A stretch of DNA of 64,000 nucleotides from Limisphaerales bacterium (GTDB lineage: Bacteria > Verrucomicrobiota > Verrucomicrobiia > Limisphaerales > UBA9464). Shown piece by piece: positions 33,265 to 44,043 of this stretch. Under the pieces are notes generated by a model that saw only the letters and a program-made list of their open reading frames with translations, was not told where the DNA came from and searched no databases. The stretch spans positions 148,506-212,505 of the forward strand of contig CBDIPJ010000002.1 of the NCBI GenBank assembly GCA_965283655.1, in the 5' to 3' direction. The position numbers and the translations under genes are program-made. Position 1 is the stretch's first letter. Every line of letters begins with the position of its first letter.

Positions 33265-35556
33265 TCAACGCAAGGTCACCGCGCGGATGAACCACGCGAT
33301 GAAGATCCGGACGTTGATCCCGATGACATCGGTCAACCCTCCGTGGTCGGACGCCGCGCGTTGCATCGCGCGCGCCATCCAGATCCGGAACCAGTTCGTG
33401 GTCGAGTTCTGCAGGACGACCTTGAACGCATCCTTGCGGACGGCGGGCGGCATCCGCCCCTTGCCGGCGTCCACCCATTCCACCAACCCCCGCAGCACCA
33501 GACGCATCTTCTCAAAGACCTCCACACCGAACACCGCTGGCGAGGCCACGAACCGTCGGGCTGCTTCCCAGTCGCCGCGGGACGCCCGGGCATAGGCCTG
33601 GACCAACTCGGCGAGCTGGCTCGCGTCCTCGCGCTGGGGATGCGCGACGATGCGATCGACGAGCTCCTCGAACTCCGTCTCGCTTCCAAAGTAGAAGAGC
33701 GCGCGCAACGCGGTGAACATCTGGGATGGCGAAAGCCCGGGGCGTTCCCGCCAATCGGCGAACCACCCTCGCGCAGCGGCCATTTGCCTGGCTCCCATCA
33801 GGCATTCCCCGGCCCGGACCCAGAGGAGGTCATCGGCCTTGAAGCGCACCTTCCGCGCCTGGATCCGGCTGGCGAGCGATTGGCGCCTCTCGGTGGAAGC
33901 GGTTTGCAGGTGCTCATCCCACGCCTCCAGGAGGGTCATCCACGCTCGACGCGCCAGTTCACTGCCCTCCACCAGGCGATCGAGCATGGGCTCGATGTCG
34001 AGTCGCTTGAGGCTCCAATGGACCCGCACGTAAAACTCGCCCGCCGAAAGATTCAGGGATCCACCGCTTCCCAGACAGTCAACGATCCACGGCACCGCGG
34101 CCACCAGCAGTCCGGCATCCTGGAACAACGCAACCACCCGCCGGAATCCATCGGGATCGTCGCCCGAAGACCGCACCAACCTTCGGACGAGACCCTCGAG
34201 TCCGGGACGACCGGGCCGCGCTTCCTCCACCACGATCGCCTCCACCAGCCAGGAACACTCCGGGAGGCAGCCCTGCAGTTTCCCGAGCACCTCGGTGGCC
34301 CCGTTGAGGTCGGAGGACTCGAGCCTCAGCCCGAGCAAGCGTCGCCCCGCCCAGACATAGCCCGCGTCCAGGGCATGGGCACGTGCGAGCAGTTCCATCG
34401 CCGCCGGCTTCTCCCCGCGTTCGAGTGCAATCGCGGCGCGGAAGGCCAGGGGTTCCGGGTTTCCCGGCTGCAATGCTTCCAACCGGCCCGCCGACGACGC
34501 GGCTGCGTCCAGTTGCTTCAGCTCAAGCTGCCAGCCGGCCAGCTCTCTCCATCCCCAGGCCAGCGACGGATCCTCGGCCAACGTCGCCTGCATCATCGTC
34601 ACCGCTTCCTCCACCTTCCCCTCGCGGCTTCGGATCAACGCTTCCATGGCCCGCAGTTCCGTGGGCGGACGATCCCCGAAGCAGGCCGGCCGACACGAGG
34701 CGGCCGCCTCCGGATGCCGACCGGCCGCCATCAGGATCAGGGCCCGTTGCCGCCAGAGGCCGGTGGAATCCGGGGACAATGCCAATCCACGGTCGATCGC
34801 CTCGACCCGTTCGCCCACCCGGGATTCGGGCGTCATGCGCGCCAGGACCAACCACGAACGCGCCTCCGCGGGCCGCTCAGCCGCCATTTCCCGCGCCAGC
34901 TCCAGTGCGCAATCCGGCCGCCGTGCCTCGGGTCCCAGGTCCCTCAGCGCGTCCCACGATGCCTCGTGTCCTGGCTCGACGCGCACCGCTTCGCGGAATG
35001 CATCCAGCGCCCCGGTCACATCCCCGACCCGATGACGCGCCCAGCCCAGGGCGCACCACGATTGGGGATCCAGCGGCGAACGGCGCACTGTCCCCTCCAG
35101 GACGGCGCGGGCACGGTCGGGATCCCCATGGTTCACCAGGGCGTCGGCCAGTTCGCGCATCGCCCATCCCCACCCGGGTTCAATCTCACGGACACGCTCC
35201 AATGCAGCGATGCACGGCTCCATTTCCATGCGTGCCCGATGGACCGCGGCCAGTTCCACCGCAAAACGCGGCACGAGGGGAAACCGCTCCATCGCCTGGC
35301 TCGCCCGTTCCCGCGCGTCCCACAACCGCCCTGCCGCGCGCAACTCCTGCGCCAGCCCGAGCCACGCCGCCCACAGGTCAGGCCGCGCGGCATGTGCGGC
35401 CTCCGCCAGCGCCAGCAACTCGTCCCCTGCGAGGAACGGCCGGGCCAGATCCAGGAAGCACAGGAGTCCGGATCCCGTCGTCGCCTGCCGCTCCAACTCC
35501 CCACGGATGAATCCAATGGCCGCCGTCCGTTCCTCCAGGTTTCCACAGCACTCCAT
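33265..35556 (-). CDS. Large TPR-repeat protein (~763 aa)
   Basis: MECCGNLEERTAAIGF... followed by many TPR-like helices (AWLGLAQELRAAGRLWDARERASQAMERFP, and others) and a non-TPR C-terminal third. Its ATG (comp. 35554-35556) shares one nucleotide with the stop of the upstream TPR gene. Confidence 0.75.
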   Translation of the reverse strand: MECCGNLEERTAAIGFIRGELERQATTGSGLLCFLDLARPFLAGDELLALAEAAHAARPDLWAAWLGLAQELRAAGRLWDARERASQAMERFPLVPRFAVELAAVHRARMEMEPCIAALERVREIEPGWGWAMRELADALVNHGDPDRARAVLEGTVRRSPLDPQSWCALGWARHRVGDVTGALDAFREAVRVEPGHEASWDALRDLGPEARRPDCALELAREMAAERPAEARSWLVLARMTPESRVGERVEAIDRGLALSPDSTGLWRQRALILMAAGRHPEAAASCRPACFGDRPPTELRAMEALIRSREGKVEEAVTMMQATLAEDPSLAWGWRELAGWQLELKQLDAAASSAGRLEALQPGNPEPLAFRAAIALERGEKPAAMELLARAHALDAGYVWAGRRLLGLRLESSDLNGATEVLGKLQGCLPECSWLVEAIVVEEARPGRPGLEGLVRRLVRSSGDDPDGFRRVVALFQDAGLLVAAVPWIVDCLGSGGSLNLSAGEFYVRVHWSLKRLDIEPMLDRLVEGSELARRAWMTLLEAWDEHLQTASTERRQSLASRIQARKVRFKADDLLWVRAGECLMGARQMAAARGWFADWRERPGLSPSQMFTALRALFYFGSETEFEELVDRIVAHPQREDASQLAELVQAYARASRGDWEAARRFVASPAVFGVEVFEKMRLVLRGLVEWVDAGKGRMPPAVRKDAFKVVLQNSTTNWFRIWMARAMQRAASDHGGLTDVIGINVRIFIAWFIRAVTLR

Positions 35557-38297
35557 CAATTCCCCTGTCCGAAGGAATAGTCCACGGACAACCGCAGGGA
35601 CTGCATCGCGGCCTCGCGCGCTTCGTCCAGCCGACGGGCTTCGCGGAGCACCCGTGCGAGGATTCCGTACCCGGCAGGATTCGACGGTTCCAACTGGATC
35701 CCCAGCGTCGCGCTGGCGACCGCAGATGCGTGCTGGTGGCCCCTCGACTGCGCGAGGGCGAGCTCCCGCTGTGCCCACGCGTCCGTGGGTTCGGCCGTCA
35801 CCAGGGCCTGCACATGGGTCGTGTAGGTTTCGAGGGCGGCATCGCGCATCCACTCGACCGTCAGCATCCGCAGCGGGACGTGGTGGGGGAACCGCTGGCT
35901 CACGCCCTCCAGATACTGCCGGGCCGCTGGCAATCCCTCCCGTTCGGCCACCAACTGCACCACCACGCGGTGGGCATCGAGAGCCAACGGATCCTGCTCC
36001 AGGACCGCCCGCCACGCCTCCATCCGGCCGACAGGTTCCTGACGTCCATCGGCCAGCCAGGCCGAGACACGGAGCCATTGGACCGGCGGCACCCGTCCCT
36101 TCGCCGATTGCAGGAGGGCCTCAGCCTCCTCGAAACGGCGGTGCCGGATGGCTTCCTCCGCCGCAAACAGGACGAGGGCTCCGTCCTCGGGGCGCCGGGC
36201 CACGGCCTCGCGCACGATCGCGGCGGCCTCCTCCACACGATCCAGTTCGTGCAGGACCCAGACGAGGGTGCGCGCCGGCTGGGCGGAAAGCCGCCCCAGG
36301 CGCTCGAAGCGTTCGCGCAACAGGTCCAGCACCTCGGCGCTCCGACCCCGCGCCCGCGCGGCATGGAACCAGGCCTGCCAATAATCCTCGCGCTTGTCCG
36401 CCAGGAACGCCGCCAGACGATAATGCTCCAGCGCTTCCTCGAACTGTCCCTCCGACCAACAGACTGCCGCCCATGTTGAAATGGCGGAAGCATCCGCACC
36501 CCGGAACCTCCGCGCCCGAAGCAGCCACCGCCGGGCGGCGGCGTTTTCACGCGCATCCGTGGATAATTCCTGCGCGAGTTCCTGCCAGATCAACGGGTCC
36601 GTTCCCTTGGCCGACGATACCTCCCGGAGCCAGGTCAGCCGTTCGTTGCGCGACGCCAGCTCACGCAGGCATCCAAGCCGGCCGAGCTGGAGGTTCACGT
36701 CCTCGGGGTGGAGCTTCAGCAGCGCTTCCAACGCCACATGGCGGGCCGTGGTGTCCAGGTCGTAGGACGCGAGCGCGCGCCGCGCCTGCCATTCCAACCG
36801 GTGGCCGGGTGCCACCGATGCGAGACGTTCGACCGCCGCCATTGCGGCCGTCCGATCGTGCCGCTCCAAGGACCGCAGGAAGGCATGGTGCTCGTCGTAC
36901 AGCGCGGATTCCGGCAGCGCGATCCCGTCCAGCAAGGCCGCCTGTTCCACCGGAACCATGGCCATTCCCCGCGGGCCCGAAGACTCCTGCGACTTCAACA
37001 GTGCCTCGGCCTCGACGTCGTACCGGTTGCGGAACCAGGGGTCACGGATCAGGAGGCTGCGCCGGAGATCATCGTAACCGATCACCGCCTGCTCATGGGC
37101 ATTGGCCGGGTTGACCGTGGTCAGGCAGAACGGAATGCCCCGATCGAGCAGGGCGCGTGCGGCCTCCAGCGTGATCCGGAACTCCCGGGCCACCCATCCA
37201 TTCGATTCAGCCCAGTGACGTTCGCTGTGCGATGCGGTGCCGTCGTAACAGATCGCTTCCGCCACCTCCAGGTGGTCCGCCGGACGGCCCCAGAAACGGC
37301 TCAGGGTCGTCAGGGTCGCCGGAACGCAGGTCATCAGGTGCTGCCGGGTGAATCCCACCGGCAACTCCACCCGCTTCGAGCCGTCGTCCGCCTGTTCCAG
37401 CCGCTCGGCGAAGCCTTTCCAGTAATCATCCCCACCCACGAGGCGAGCCTGCGCGGCAGCTTCCGCCCGTCGACCCCGCCGATACTCCGCCAACGCCCGC
37501 AGGGCCCGGATCCATCGGAACAAGTCCTCGTCGCCGCGCGGCGACAGCACCTCCACGCGATCGAGCGCGAGGAGCACCTCGTCATGCCGCTGGAGCTCGG
37601 ATGCCGTTGTTGCCCATTGGCTGGCCGCGTGAGCGCATTCGCCCCTCTCCGCGAAGGTCCGCGCACGTTCGAGAGCCTCCTCTTCCCGACCGCAGAGCAT
37701 GAGGCAACGCACGCGGGACAATTCCAACGCCCAGTACCCCGGGGTCCGCGCCAGCCCCATCTGCGCGGCCTCCAGCGCCTCGTCGTAGCGATCCTGCTGC
37801 AGCAGGTGGTCACACCACTCGGCATCCCACCACGGCGGGGAGTGTGTCCCCTGCTTCGCCCGCGCATACCAGTCCTCCGCCCGTCGGAAATCCCGGAGGG
37901 TCGAAAGCAGTCGTCCGGCCAACTGGCGGAAATCCCCGGCGATCACCCCGAGTTCCGCGGACGGAATCCCGAACTGGCGCAGCCGTTCCCATGCTTCGAC
38001 CGGCCCGCGGGCCTCCAGCACCTGCCACAGGAAGTAATACCGGGCCTCAGGATCCTTTGGGTCCTTCCGATACGCCCGAAGCTTGAGCGCGTTCGCCGCA
38101 CGGGTTGCCCCCACATGGCGCAAGATCCGGCCCGCCAGGATCCGGGCATGGGTTCCACCCCACTTCAGCGGATCGCCGATGGCTTCCGCCCTCCGCAATG
38201 CCTGCACGAACAAACCCTGTTGGTACAGGTCCTCAACTTCGGCAAGGGGGCCAGGTTCGGGGAAGATCGGGTCGGTGGTCGGGGCCATCGGGACCAC
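35556..38297 (-). CDS. Large TPR-repeat protein with an embedded C39-like (papain-fold) cysteine peptidase domain
   Basis: 913-aa ORF (GTG at 38297 or ATG at 38288). The internal segment FTRQHLMTCVPATLTTLSRFWG ... NAHEQAVIGYDD ... LLIRDPW matches the Q/C ... H ... D order of C39-type peptidases. I checked the Cys codon at comp. 37326-37328 and the His codon at comp. 37095-37097. TPR-like repeats lie on both sides. Confidence 0.75.
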   Translation of the reverse strand: MVPMAPTTDPIFPEPGPLAEVEDLYQQGLFVQALRRAEAIGDPLKWGGTHARILAGRILRHVGATRAANALKLRAYRKDPKDPEARYYFLWQVLEARGPVEAWERLRQFGIPSAELGVIAGDFRQLAGRLLSTLRDFRRAEDWYARAKQGTHSPPWWDAEWCDHLLQQDRYDEALEAAQMGLARTPGYWALELSRVRCLMLCGREEEALERARTFAERGECAHAASQWATTASELQRHDEVLLALDRVEVLSPRGDEDLFRWIRALRALAEYRRGRRAEAAAQARLVGGDDYWKGFAERLEQADDGSKRVELPVGFTRQHLMTCVPATLTTLSRFWGRPADHLEVAEAICYDGTASHSERHWAESNGWVAREFRITLEAARALLDRGIPFCLTTVNPANAHEQAVIGYDDLRRSLLIRDPWFRNRYDVEAEALLKSQESSGPRGMAMVPVEQAALLDGIALPESALYDEHHAFLRSLERHDRTAAMAAVERLASVAPGHRLEWQARRALASYDLDTTARHVALEALLKLHPEDVNLQLGRLGCLRELASRNERLTWLREVSSAKGTDPLIWQELAQELSTDARENAAARRWLLRARRFRGADASAISTWAAVCWSEGQFEEALEHYRLAAFLADKREDYWQAWFHAARARGRSAEVLDLLRERFERLGRLSAQPARTLVWVLHELDRVEEAAAIVREAVARRPEDGALVLFAAEEAIRHRRFEEAEALLQSAKGRVPPVQWLRVSAWLADGRQEPVGRMEAWRAVLEQDPLALDAHRVVVQLVAEREGLPAARQYLEGVSQRFPHHVPLRMLTVEWMRDAALETYTTHVQALVTAEPTDAWAQRELALAQSRGHQHASAVASATLGIQLEPSNPAGYGILARVLREARRLDEAREAAMQSLRLSVDYSFGQGN

Positions 38298-38353
38298 CTT
38301 CTACCTGCCGATCCAAAGCGAGCCAAGCGTCGAGATGACACCCCGTGTGAAGC

Positions 38354-38424
38354 GGGACGGCGATGTTCTCATCGCCTTGGGAAAGGCTTTGGAATGGCGA
38401 CGAGGATGTCGCCACCCCGTTCCG
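38354..38424. repeat. Double-hairpin GC-rich repeat module (ggcgatg...catcgcc plus ggcgacgaggaYgtcgcc)
   Basis: gggacggcgatgttctcatcgcc ... ggaatggcgacgaggatgtcgccaccccgttcc. The same module occurs at about 56087-56155, about 57143-57212 and, inverted, at 58026-58095. Confidence 0.75.
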
Positions 38425-38439
38425 GGAAGGTGATTCCCC

Positions 38440-40004
38440 TCACGGAGCCACCGCAGACTTCAGGAACTTCGCCAGGTCGGCCTTCTGCTTCCGCAGGTCC
38501 GGGAGGTTCAGGTACATCATGTGCCCGGCCGTGTAGTCATCCTGGACGATGTTCTTCAGCAGCGCCGGCGGCAGCCGCAGGTGATTGATCGTGTAGCGCG
38601 TGGCAAAGTACGGCGTCGCCATGTCGAAGTACCCGTTCGACACGTGCACCTTCAGGAATGGATTCGCCGTCATCGTATCGGCCAGGGTCTCCGACACGTC
38701 CGCATAGCCGTTCTCCGCGCTCCAGTTCCAGCGACCCACGCCTCCAAGGATCGTGTAGGATCGGTCCTCCTCGAACTTCAGGGTCGTCCGCACGTAATCG
38801 TTGAACGTGGAGGCGAACACGCTGAACACCGCGTCGGCACTGGGGTCCCGCTCCGCACCTTCGGACAGCGGATCCCGGACCGGGCTGGTGTAGCGGCTGT
38901 CGAAGCGGCCCGTCACCAGCCGTTGGTCGCGCAGCAATTCGGCGTTGAACCGTTGCAAGGGCACCCGCAGGTCCGCGCCGTCCACGAACTTCTCGGAAAG
39001 GCCGGTCAACCGCGCCATCTGCTTCACCGCGGCGGCGCGTTGCTCCGCCGTCATTCCGGCGCCGAGCAGCAGGGCACGATTGTAATCCCCGGTCGCGAAG
39101 GCCTCCGCCTCGGCGAGGACTTCCGCCAGCGGTTTCTGCTGCAGTTCCGGCACAAGCTTCCGGTGATACCACGCCGTCGCCGTATAGCTCGGAAGGTAGA
39201 GCACGAAGGGCAGGTCGTTGCCCTCCGCATCGCGGATGGTCTGGAAGTTGAGCACCGTCGAAACCAGCATGATGCCGTTCAGGTTCATGCGATGCGCCTG
39301 CAACAGTTCGCCGCTCAGTGCCGCGGCACGCGTCGTGCCGTAGCTTTCCCGATCAGGAACTTCGGCGACAACCAGCGTGCGTTCCGGGTCACGTAGAGCC
39401 GGATGAACTCGCCCACGCTCCGGGCATCCTCGCGCAGGCCATGGAAATTCTTCGCATCCTCCGGCTTTGCAGCCCGGCTGTAACCCGTGCCCACGGGGTC
39501 GATGAACACCAGATCGGTCTCGTCGATGAGGCTGAATTCGTTGTCGAGCAGCGCATACGGCGGCGGCACCGCAAAGCCGTCGTCCCGCAGCTTCACGCGC
39601 TTCGGCCCGAGCAATCCCATGTGCAGCCACACCGAGGAGGAACCCGGTCCGCCATTGAAGGAAAAGGTCAGGGGGCGCTTTGAAAGTTCCGACACGCCCT
39701 TCCGCGTATAGGCGATGTAGAAGATCTCCGCGGTCGTTTTCCCTTCGGCGTCCTTCAGCGGCAAAGTCCCGGCCGTGGCCGTGTACTCGATGCGCTGACC
39801 ACCCAGCAGGATCGCATGTTCCGTGACGCTCTTCTTCTCGTCCTTGGAATCCTTGGCCTCCTCTTTCTTCGCGCCGTCCTTCGCTGCCTCCCCCGCCGCG
39901 GGTTTGGAGGGCGGCGCCTCCTTCGGCTTGTCCTGGGCACGCAATCCAGCCCCCGCCAGCACCGCTCCCGCCAACACCACGCTCCACACGCTTCGCGTCG
40001 TCAT
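38440..40004 (-). pseudogene. Serine carboxypeptidase, peptidase family S10, with a 1-nt frame change at about 39345-39351 (as assembled)
   Basis: ORF 39315-40289 has the signal MTTRSVWSVVLAGAVLAGAG, then FSFNGGPGSSSVWLHMG, and ends ...SPKFLIGKATARRVPRH*. ORF 38440-40023 continues ESYGTTRAAALSGELL... The active-site GESYG motif is split exactly at atcgggaaagctacgg. Confidence 0.85.
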
Positions 40005-40090
40005 GCGGTCCAGCGTAGGCCACCTGCCTGACAGGACCAAGCCTCCCGATCCCTCCGTCATCGGGTAGCGGCGGCCCTGGCCTTCGTCGG

Positions 40091-40903
40091 TCAGAGTGGC
40101 AGTTCCGAAGCAGGCGCCCGCCGCGACGTCACCTCCCGGAATCGGGATTCGTATTCCGGATGATTGGTCCCCATCAGGCGATCCCAGAAATTGAAGTAGA
40201 GACCATAGTTCCCCCGCATCTTTTCGTGATGCATGACGTGGTTGGTTGGCGTGTTGAGGAGGAACCGCAACGGCGTGTTCATGAGCCACCGCGGATGGAA
40301 TTCATACCCCGTGTGCCCCGCCACGTTGAACACGATCTGCCACAGCATCACCAGGCCGAAGGCCGCCGGATGAATGGGCATCACCATCACCGCCAGCGGG
40401 AAGATCCCCGCCTCCACCACCGCCTCCGCCGGCGCAAAGGCGTATGCCGCCCATGGCGAGGGATTCGTCGAGAGGTGATGGACCCGATGGAACACCCCGA
40501 ACAACCGCCGGTGATGCATCAACCGATGCGTCCAGTAGAAGTACGCGTCATGCAGCAGGATCCCGCACGCGACACTCCCGAAGAACCACGCACGGCTGTG
40601 ATCCGAGATCTTCCAGTACATCTGGGTCCAACCAGCCCGCGAAGCACTGATCGTCGCCGCCCCCATCACCCCGAAGATCACCAGCGTCAGCAGCGAATAC
40701 CCGATTTCCCGCCGGACATCCGATGACACGGGAAACCGGGCGATGATCTTGCGGTGGAACCAGCGGTGGCGGAAGAGCCAGTAGCCCAGCATCCAGGCAA
40801 AGCCCGCGAACAGGAAGTAGCGCAGGCCAACCTCGATCGTGGTGAAGGCGGAACGTTCCAGGAACGAATGCTGGCTCCCGAAGAGCAGATCAAAAACTTT
40901 CAT
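40091..40903 (-). CDS. Fatty acid hydroxylase / sterol desaturase family membrane protein
   Basis: Histidine boxes HDAYFYWTHRLMHH, FHRVHHLS and NHVMHHEKMRGNYG, with 4 TM segments. The ATG at 40903 overlaps the kinase stop (ATGA, 40900-40903). Confidence 0.9.
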   Translation of the reverse strand: MKVFDLLFGSQHSFLERSAFTTIEVGLRYFLFAGFAWMLGYWLFRHRWFHRKIIARFPVSSDVRREIGYSLLTLVIFGVMGAATISASRAGWTQMYWKISDHSRAWFFGSVACGILLHDAYFYWTHRLMHHRRLFGVFHRVHHLSTNPSPWAAYAFAPAEAVVEAGIFPLAVMVMPIHPAAFGLVMLWQIVFNVAGHTGYEFHPRWLMNTPLRFLLNTPTNHVMHHEKMRGNYGLYFNFWDRLMGTNHPEYESRFREVTSRRAPASELPL

Positions 40904-43900
40904 GGCTTGGTAAGGGTTGGGAGCAGTCCCCGTCGCGAAAGTTCGCCCGTCAGGGTGGGCAGGTGCCACAGACGCAACTTGCCCTGCGCCGTGGCCGCCG
41001 CGAGTCGCGTGCCATCCGGACTCCACGCCAACGCGAAGATCCGGACCCGTGACGGCGGCTCGATCGCCAACTCCACCCTTCCCGCCTCCACATCCAGGAT
41101 CAGGATCTCGTACACATCGGCCACCACCGCGATCCGGCGGCCATCCGGAGAGACCGCCGCAGCCCCGAGGACGAGGCCGGCGGAGGGAACGGACAATCCG
41201 GGAGTCGTCTTCCAGGTCTCCGTGTCGACCATCTGGAACCGGTCCCCCCACACCATCGCCCGCTTCCCATCGGGTGAAAAACAGACGCCGGCCTGTCCGC
41301 CCGGCAGGCGCGTGTGAACAACACGTCCTTCCACCACATTCCAGAACCGCACCTCACCTCCGCCCGAGGCAATGGTCGCTGCCCAGCGTCCGGTCCGATC
41401 CACCACCAGGGCGTCCGCGCCAGGATGCAAACCGAGGGTCCGCACGATGGGTCCGGGTGAATCCCCGATCTCCACGAACTGGCCGTCCGCCAGAACAACG
41501 AGCCACCCCGTGCCGGTGGACGTCGGACGCACCGCCGCTCCCGGGGAATCCAGCAGGATCTCACGCCCGGTCCATCCATTGGACCCGGCCTTCCCGAGGG
41601 TCCATGCCGCCACCCCCGTCCGGTCGACCGTGACCAACCGGGAGGCATCTCGGCCGAAGCAGAAACCCTTCACGAACTCGAGCGGCACCCACGCCTGCCA
41701 CTCGCCCTGCTCCGTCCCGAACACACGCACGCCCGCCGGATGCCGTCCGGCGACCCGCCGCGAATCCGGACTGAACTCGACCTCCAATTCCGAGCTTCCG
41801 ATGTATCCGGCGAGCAGTTCGCTGAAACCGACCGGCGGCACCATCTCGTACCTTCCCACACTGCCCCGCGAAAGCACCGGACCAAAGTTCCCGCCCTGAT
41901 CAGAAAACCCGAACTCCGTGGAATCGCCCTGACCCGAAACAAGCATCCGACCGCCCATCAGATCCCACACGCGGACCGTCCGGTCGTCCCAGGCGGACGC
42001 GACGCGCCGTCCGGCAGGATCGAAGGCGAGCGCCGTTGGAATCGCCGGCGAGAAGGTAAACGACAGGATGCGATTCCTGCCGACCACATCCTGATAGAAG
42101 AGCCGCCCGTCCTGGGTGGCTCCGACCCAGCGCTGGCTGTCCGGCGACCAGGCCATGAGATAGATCGGTCCGGGCTGGGGCAGGCGGACATCGACCTCTC
42201 GGGTATCGGTGCGGACGATGACCACCTCGTTGGTTCCAAGCCGGGACGCCGCCAACTGGCGTCCATCCGGGGAGAAGGCGAGGCATCGCCAGCCCCCAGC
42301 ACCAAGATCGGTCCGGATCTCCGACCCAGAATCCAGATCGCGCCAGACCAATTCCTGGGTTCCCTCACCGGTCACCAGCCACCGGCCATCCGGAGAGAGC
42401 CCGTAGGCTGCGGGGACCACGGGGCGCTGCCAGAGAAGGCGGGACACATCACCGGGGTCGAGCGCCACCACCGCCATGCCCCCTTCGCCGAGCAACACCT
42501 GTCGATCGCCGGAACTCGACCCCATCCCGAAACGCGTCGCAGGCGGCCAGGGCGCCCTCCAGTGTCCGACAACCCGGCCCTGGCTTTCGTCCGCGTCCTC
42601 GATGGACCCATCGGCAGCCAGGACACGCCACACGCCGCGGGAGGATACGGGACGGATCCGGGCCGAACCGGTGGCCTCGATTCCCGAAACCCGCTCAAAT
42701 CGGAAATCCGTCTGGGCAAGCGCCGCCACCACCTCGGCCGAGGCCCGATCCCGCACCGAACCCTCAAGCCCGAGAGCCAGTGCCTGCTCCACGGCCGCCA
42801 CGCTCGCGGTCTGTTGGCCGGGTCCGCCGGCCAACCGCAGTGCCCGCGCCTGCACGAGCAGGGACTCCTTCAGGTTCGCCATGGCCTGTTGTTCCGCGCG
42901 GTAGATCCGCACGGTGGCCACCACTCCCCCGATCACCAACCCGGCAACGGACAACACCAACGCCACGACCAATACCGCCACACCGGGATGCCGTCGGGCC
43001 CAGCGCAGGGTCCGGCCCAGCCAACCCACGGGACGGGCGTGCACCGGTTCACCGGCAAGGATCCGATCCAGTTCCTCCCGAACTTCCCCAGCGGTGCCGT
43101 AACGCCGTTGCGGATCCTTCTCGAGACACTTCAGGCAGACGGTCTCGAGGTCCACCGGCACGGACGGATTCAACCGGCGCGGTGACACCGGTTCGGCATC
43201 GGCCACCTGACGCAGCACCGCCTCCACGCTGTCCCCCTGGAACGGCGGACGCCCCGTCATCAGGTGGTACAGCAATGCCCCCATCGAATAGACGTCCGAT
43301 GCGAAGCCGATTGCCCGGGTTTCGCCCCGCACCTGCTCGGGCGACGCATACGCGGGCGACCCGAGCACGTCTCCGGTATCCGTCAGCGTCACCGTGGATT
43401 CCAGATGCTTGGCCAACCCGAAATCCGTGACGTGCGGTTTGCCATCCCGATCCAGGAGGACGTTGGAGGGCTTGAGATCGCGATGGAGGACGCCCTGGCC
43501 GTGGGCGTGGTGGACCGCGCCCGCGATCAAACCTCCGATCCGGGCCACTTCCCGTGCCGTCAGTGGACCATTGCGGACGCGGTCCGCCAGAGTCCCCCCT
43601 CGACCAGGTCCATCGAGAAGTACAATTGGCCGTCGTGTTCTCCAATGTCATGGATGGCAACGATGTTCGGGTGCTGGAGTCGGGCTGCGGCCGATGCCTC
43701 CGTCCGGAACCGGCTGCGCGCGCTTTCACCGGCAAATCCGCCCCCCAGCAACAGTTTGACCGCCACGGTCCGGCCCAGGCTCCGCTGGCGTGCCCGGAAG
43801 ACAACCCCCATGCCCCCTCGCGCCACCTCCTCGATCAGCTCGTAGTCTCCGATGACCGGCACGGGCGCCTTGCCTCCCCGCGTCCCCGTCACCGCCGCCA

Positions 43901-44004
43901 GCCGCATCCCGCAGCAGGCACACCGGGCAGAAATCCGCGCGCACCCCCGCGGGAAGCAGCGCACCGCAATCCGGACAGGTGTTTCTGGAGGCGGCGGATG
44001 ACAT
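40900..44004 (-). pseudogene. Ser/Thr protein kinase with an N-terminal zinc-ribbon-like CxxC pair, a TM segment and a C-terminal WD40 beta-propeller; two frame changes (as assembled)
   Basis: Three consecutive frames carry the gene. ORF 43726-44016 has [36 protein letters not shown] 43560-44039 has [23 protein letters not shown]...VAVKLL...MDLVEGG. ORF 40900-43548 has HRDLKPSNVLLD...DFGLAK...GSPAYASPE, then a TM segment and WD40-like repeats. The junctions lie at C4 runs (43876-43887) and a C6 run (43594-43599). Confidence 0.85.
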
Positions 44005-44043
44005 CTGGCGCCCCAAAGCCTACCCAGCGCCGGAAACAAAAGC

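Noticed and set aside
35210-38588. Plus-strand ORFs of 634 aa and 626 aa
   Set aside because: They lie antisense to the two TPR genes. They are extremely Arg/Pro/Ala-rich and carry no motifs, so they are shadow ORFs.
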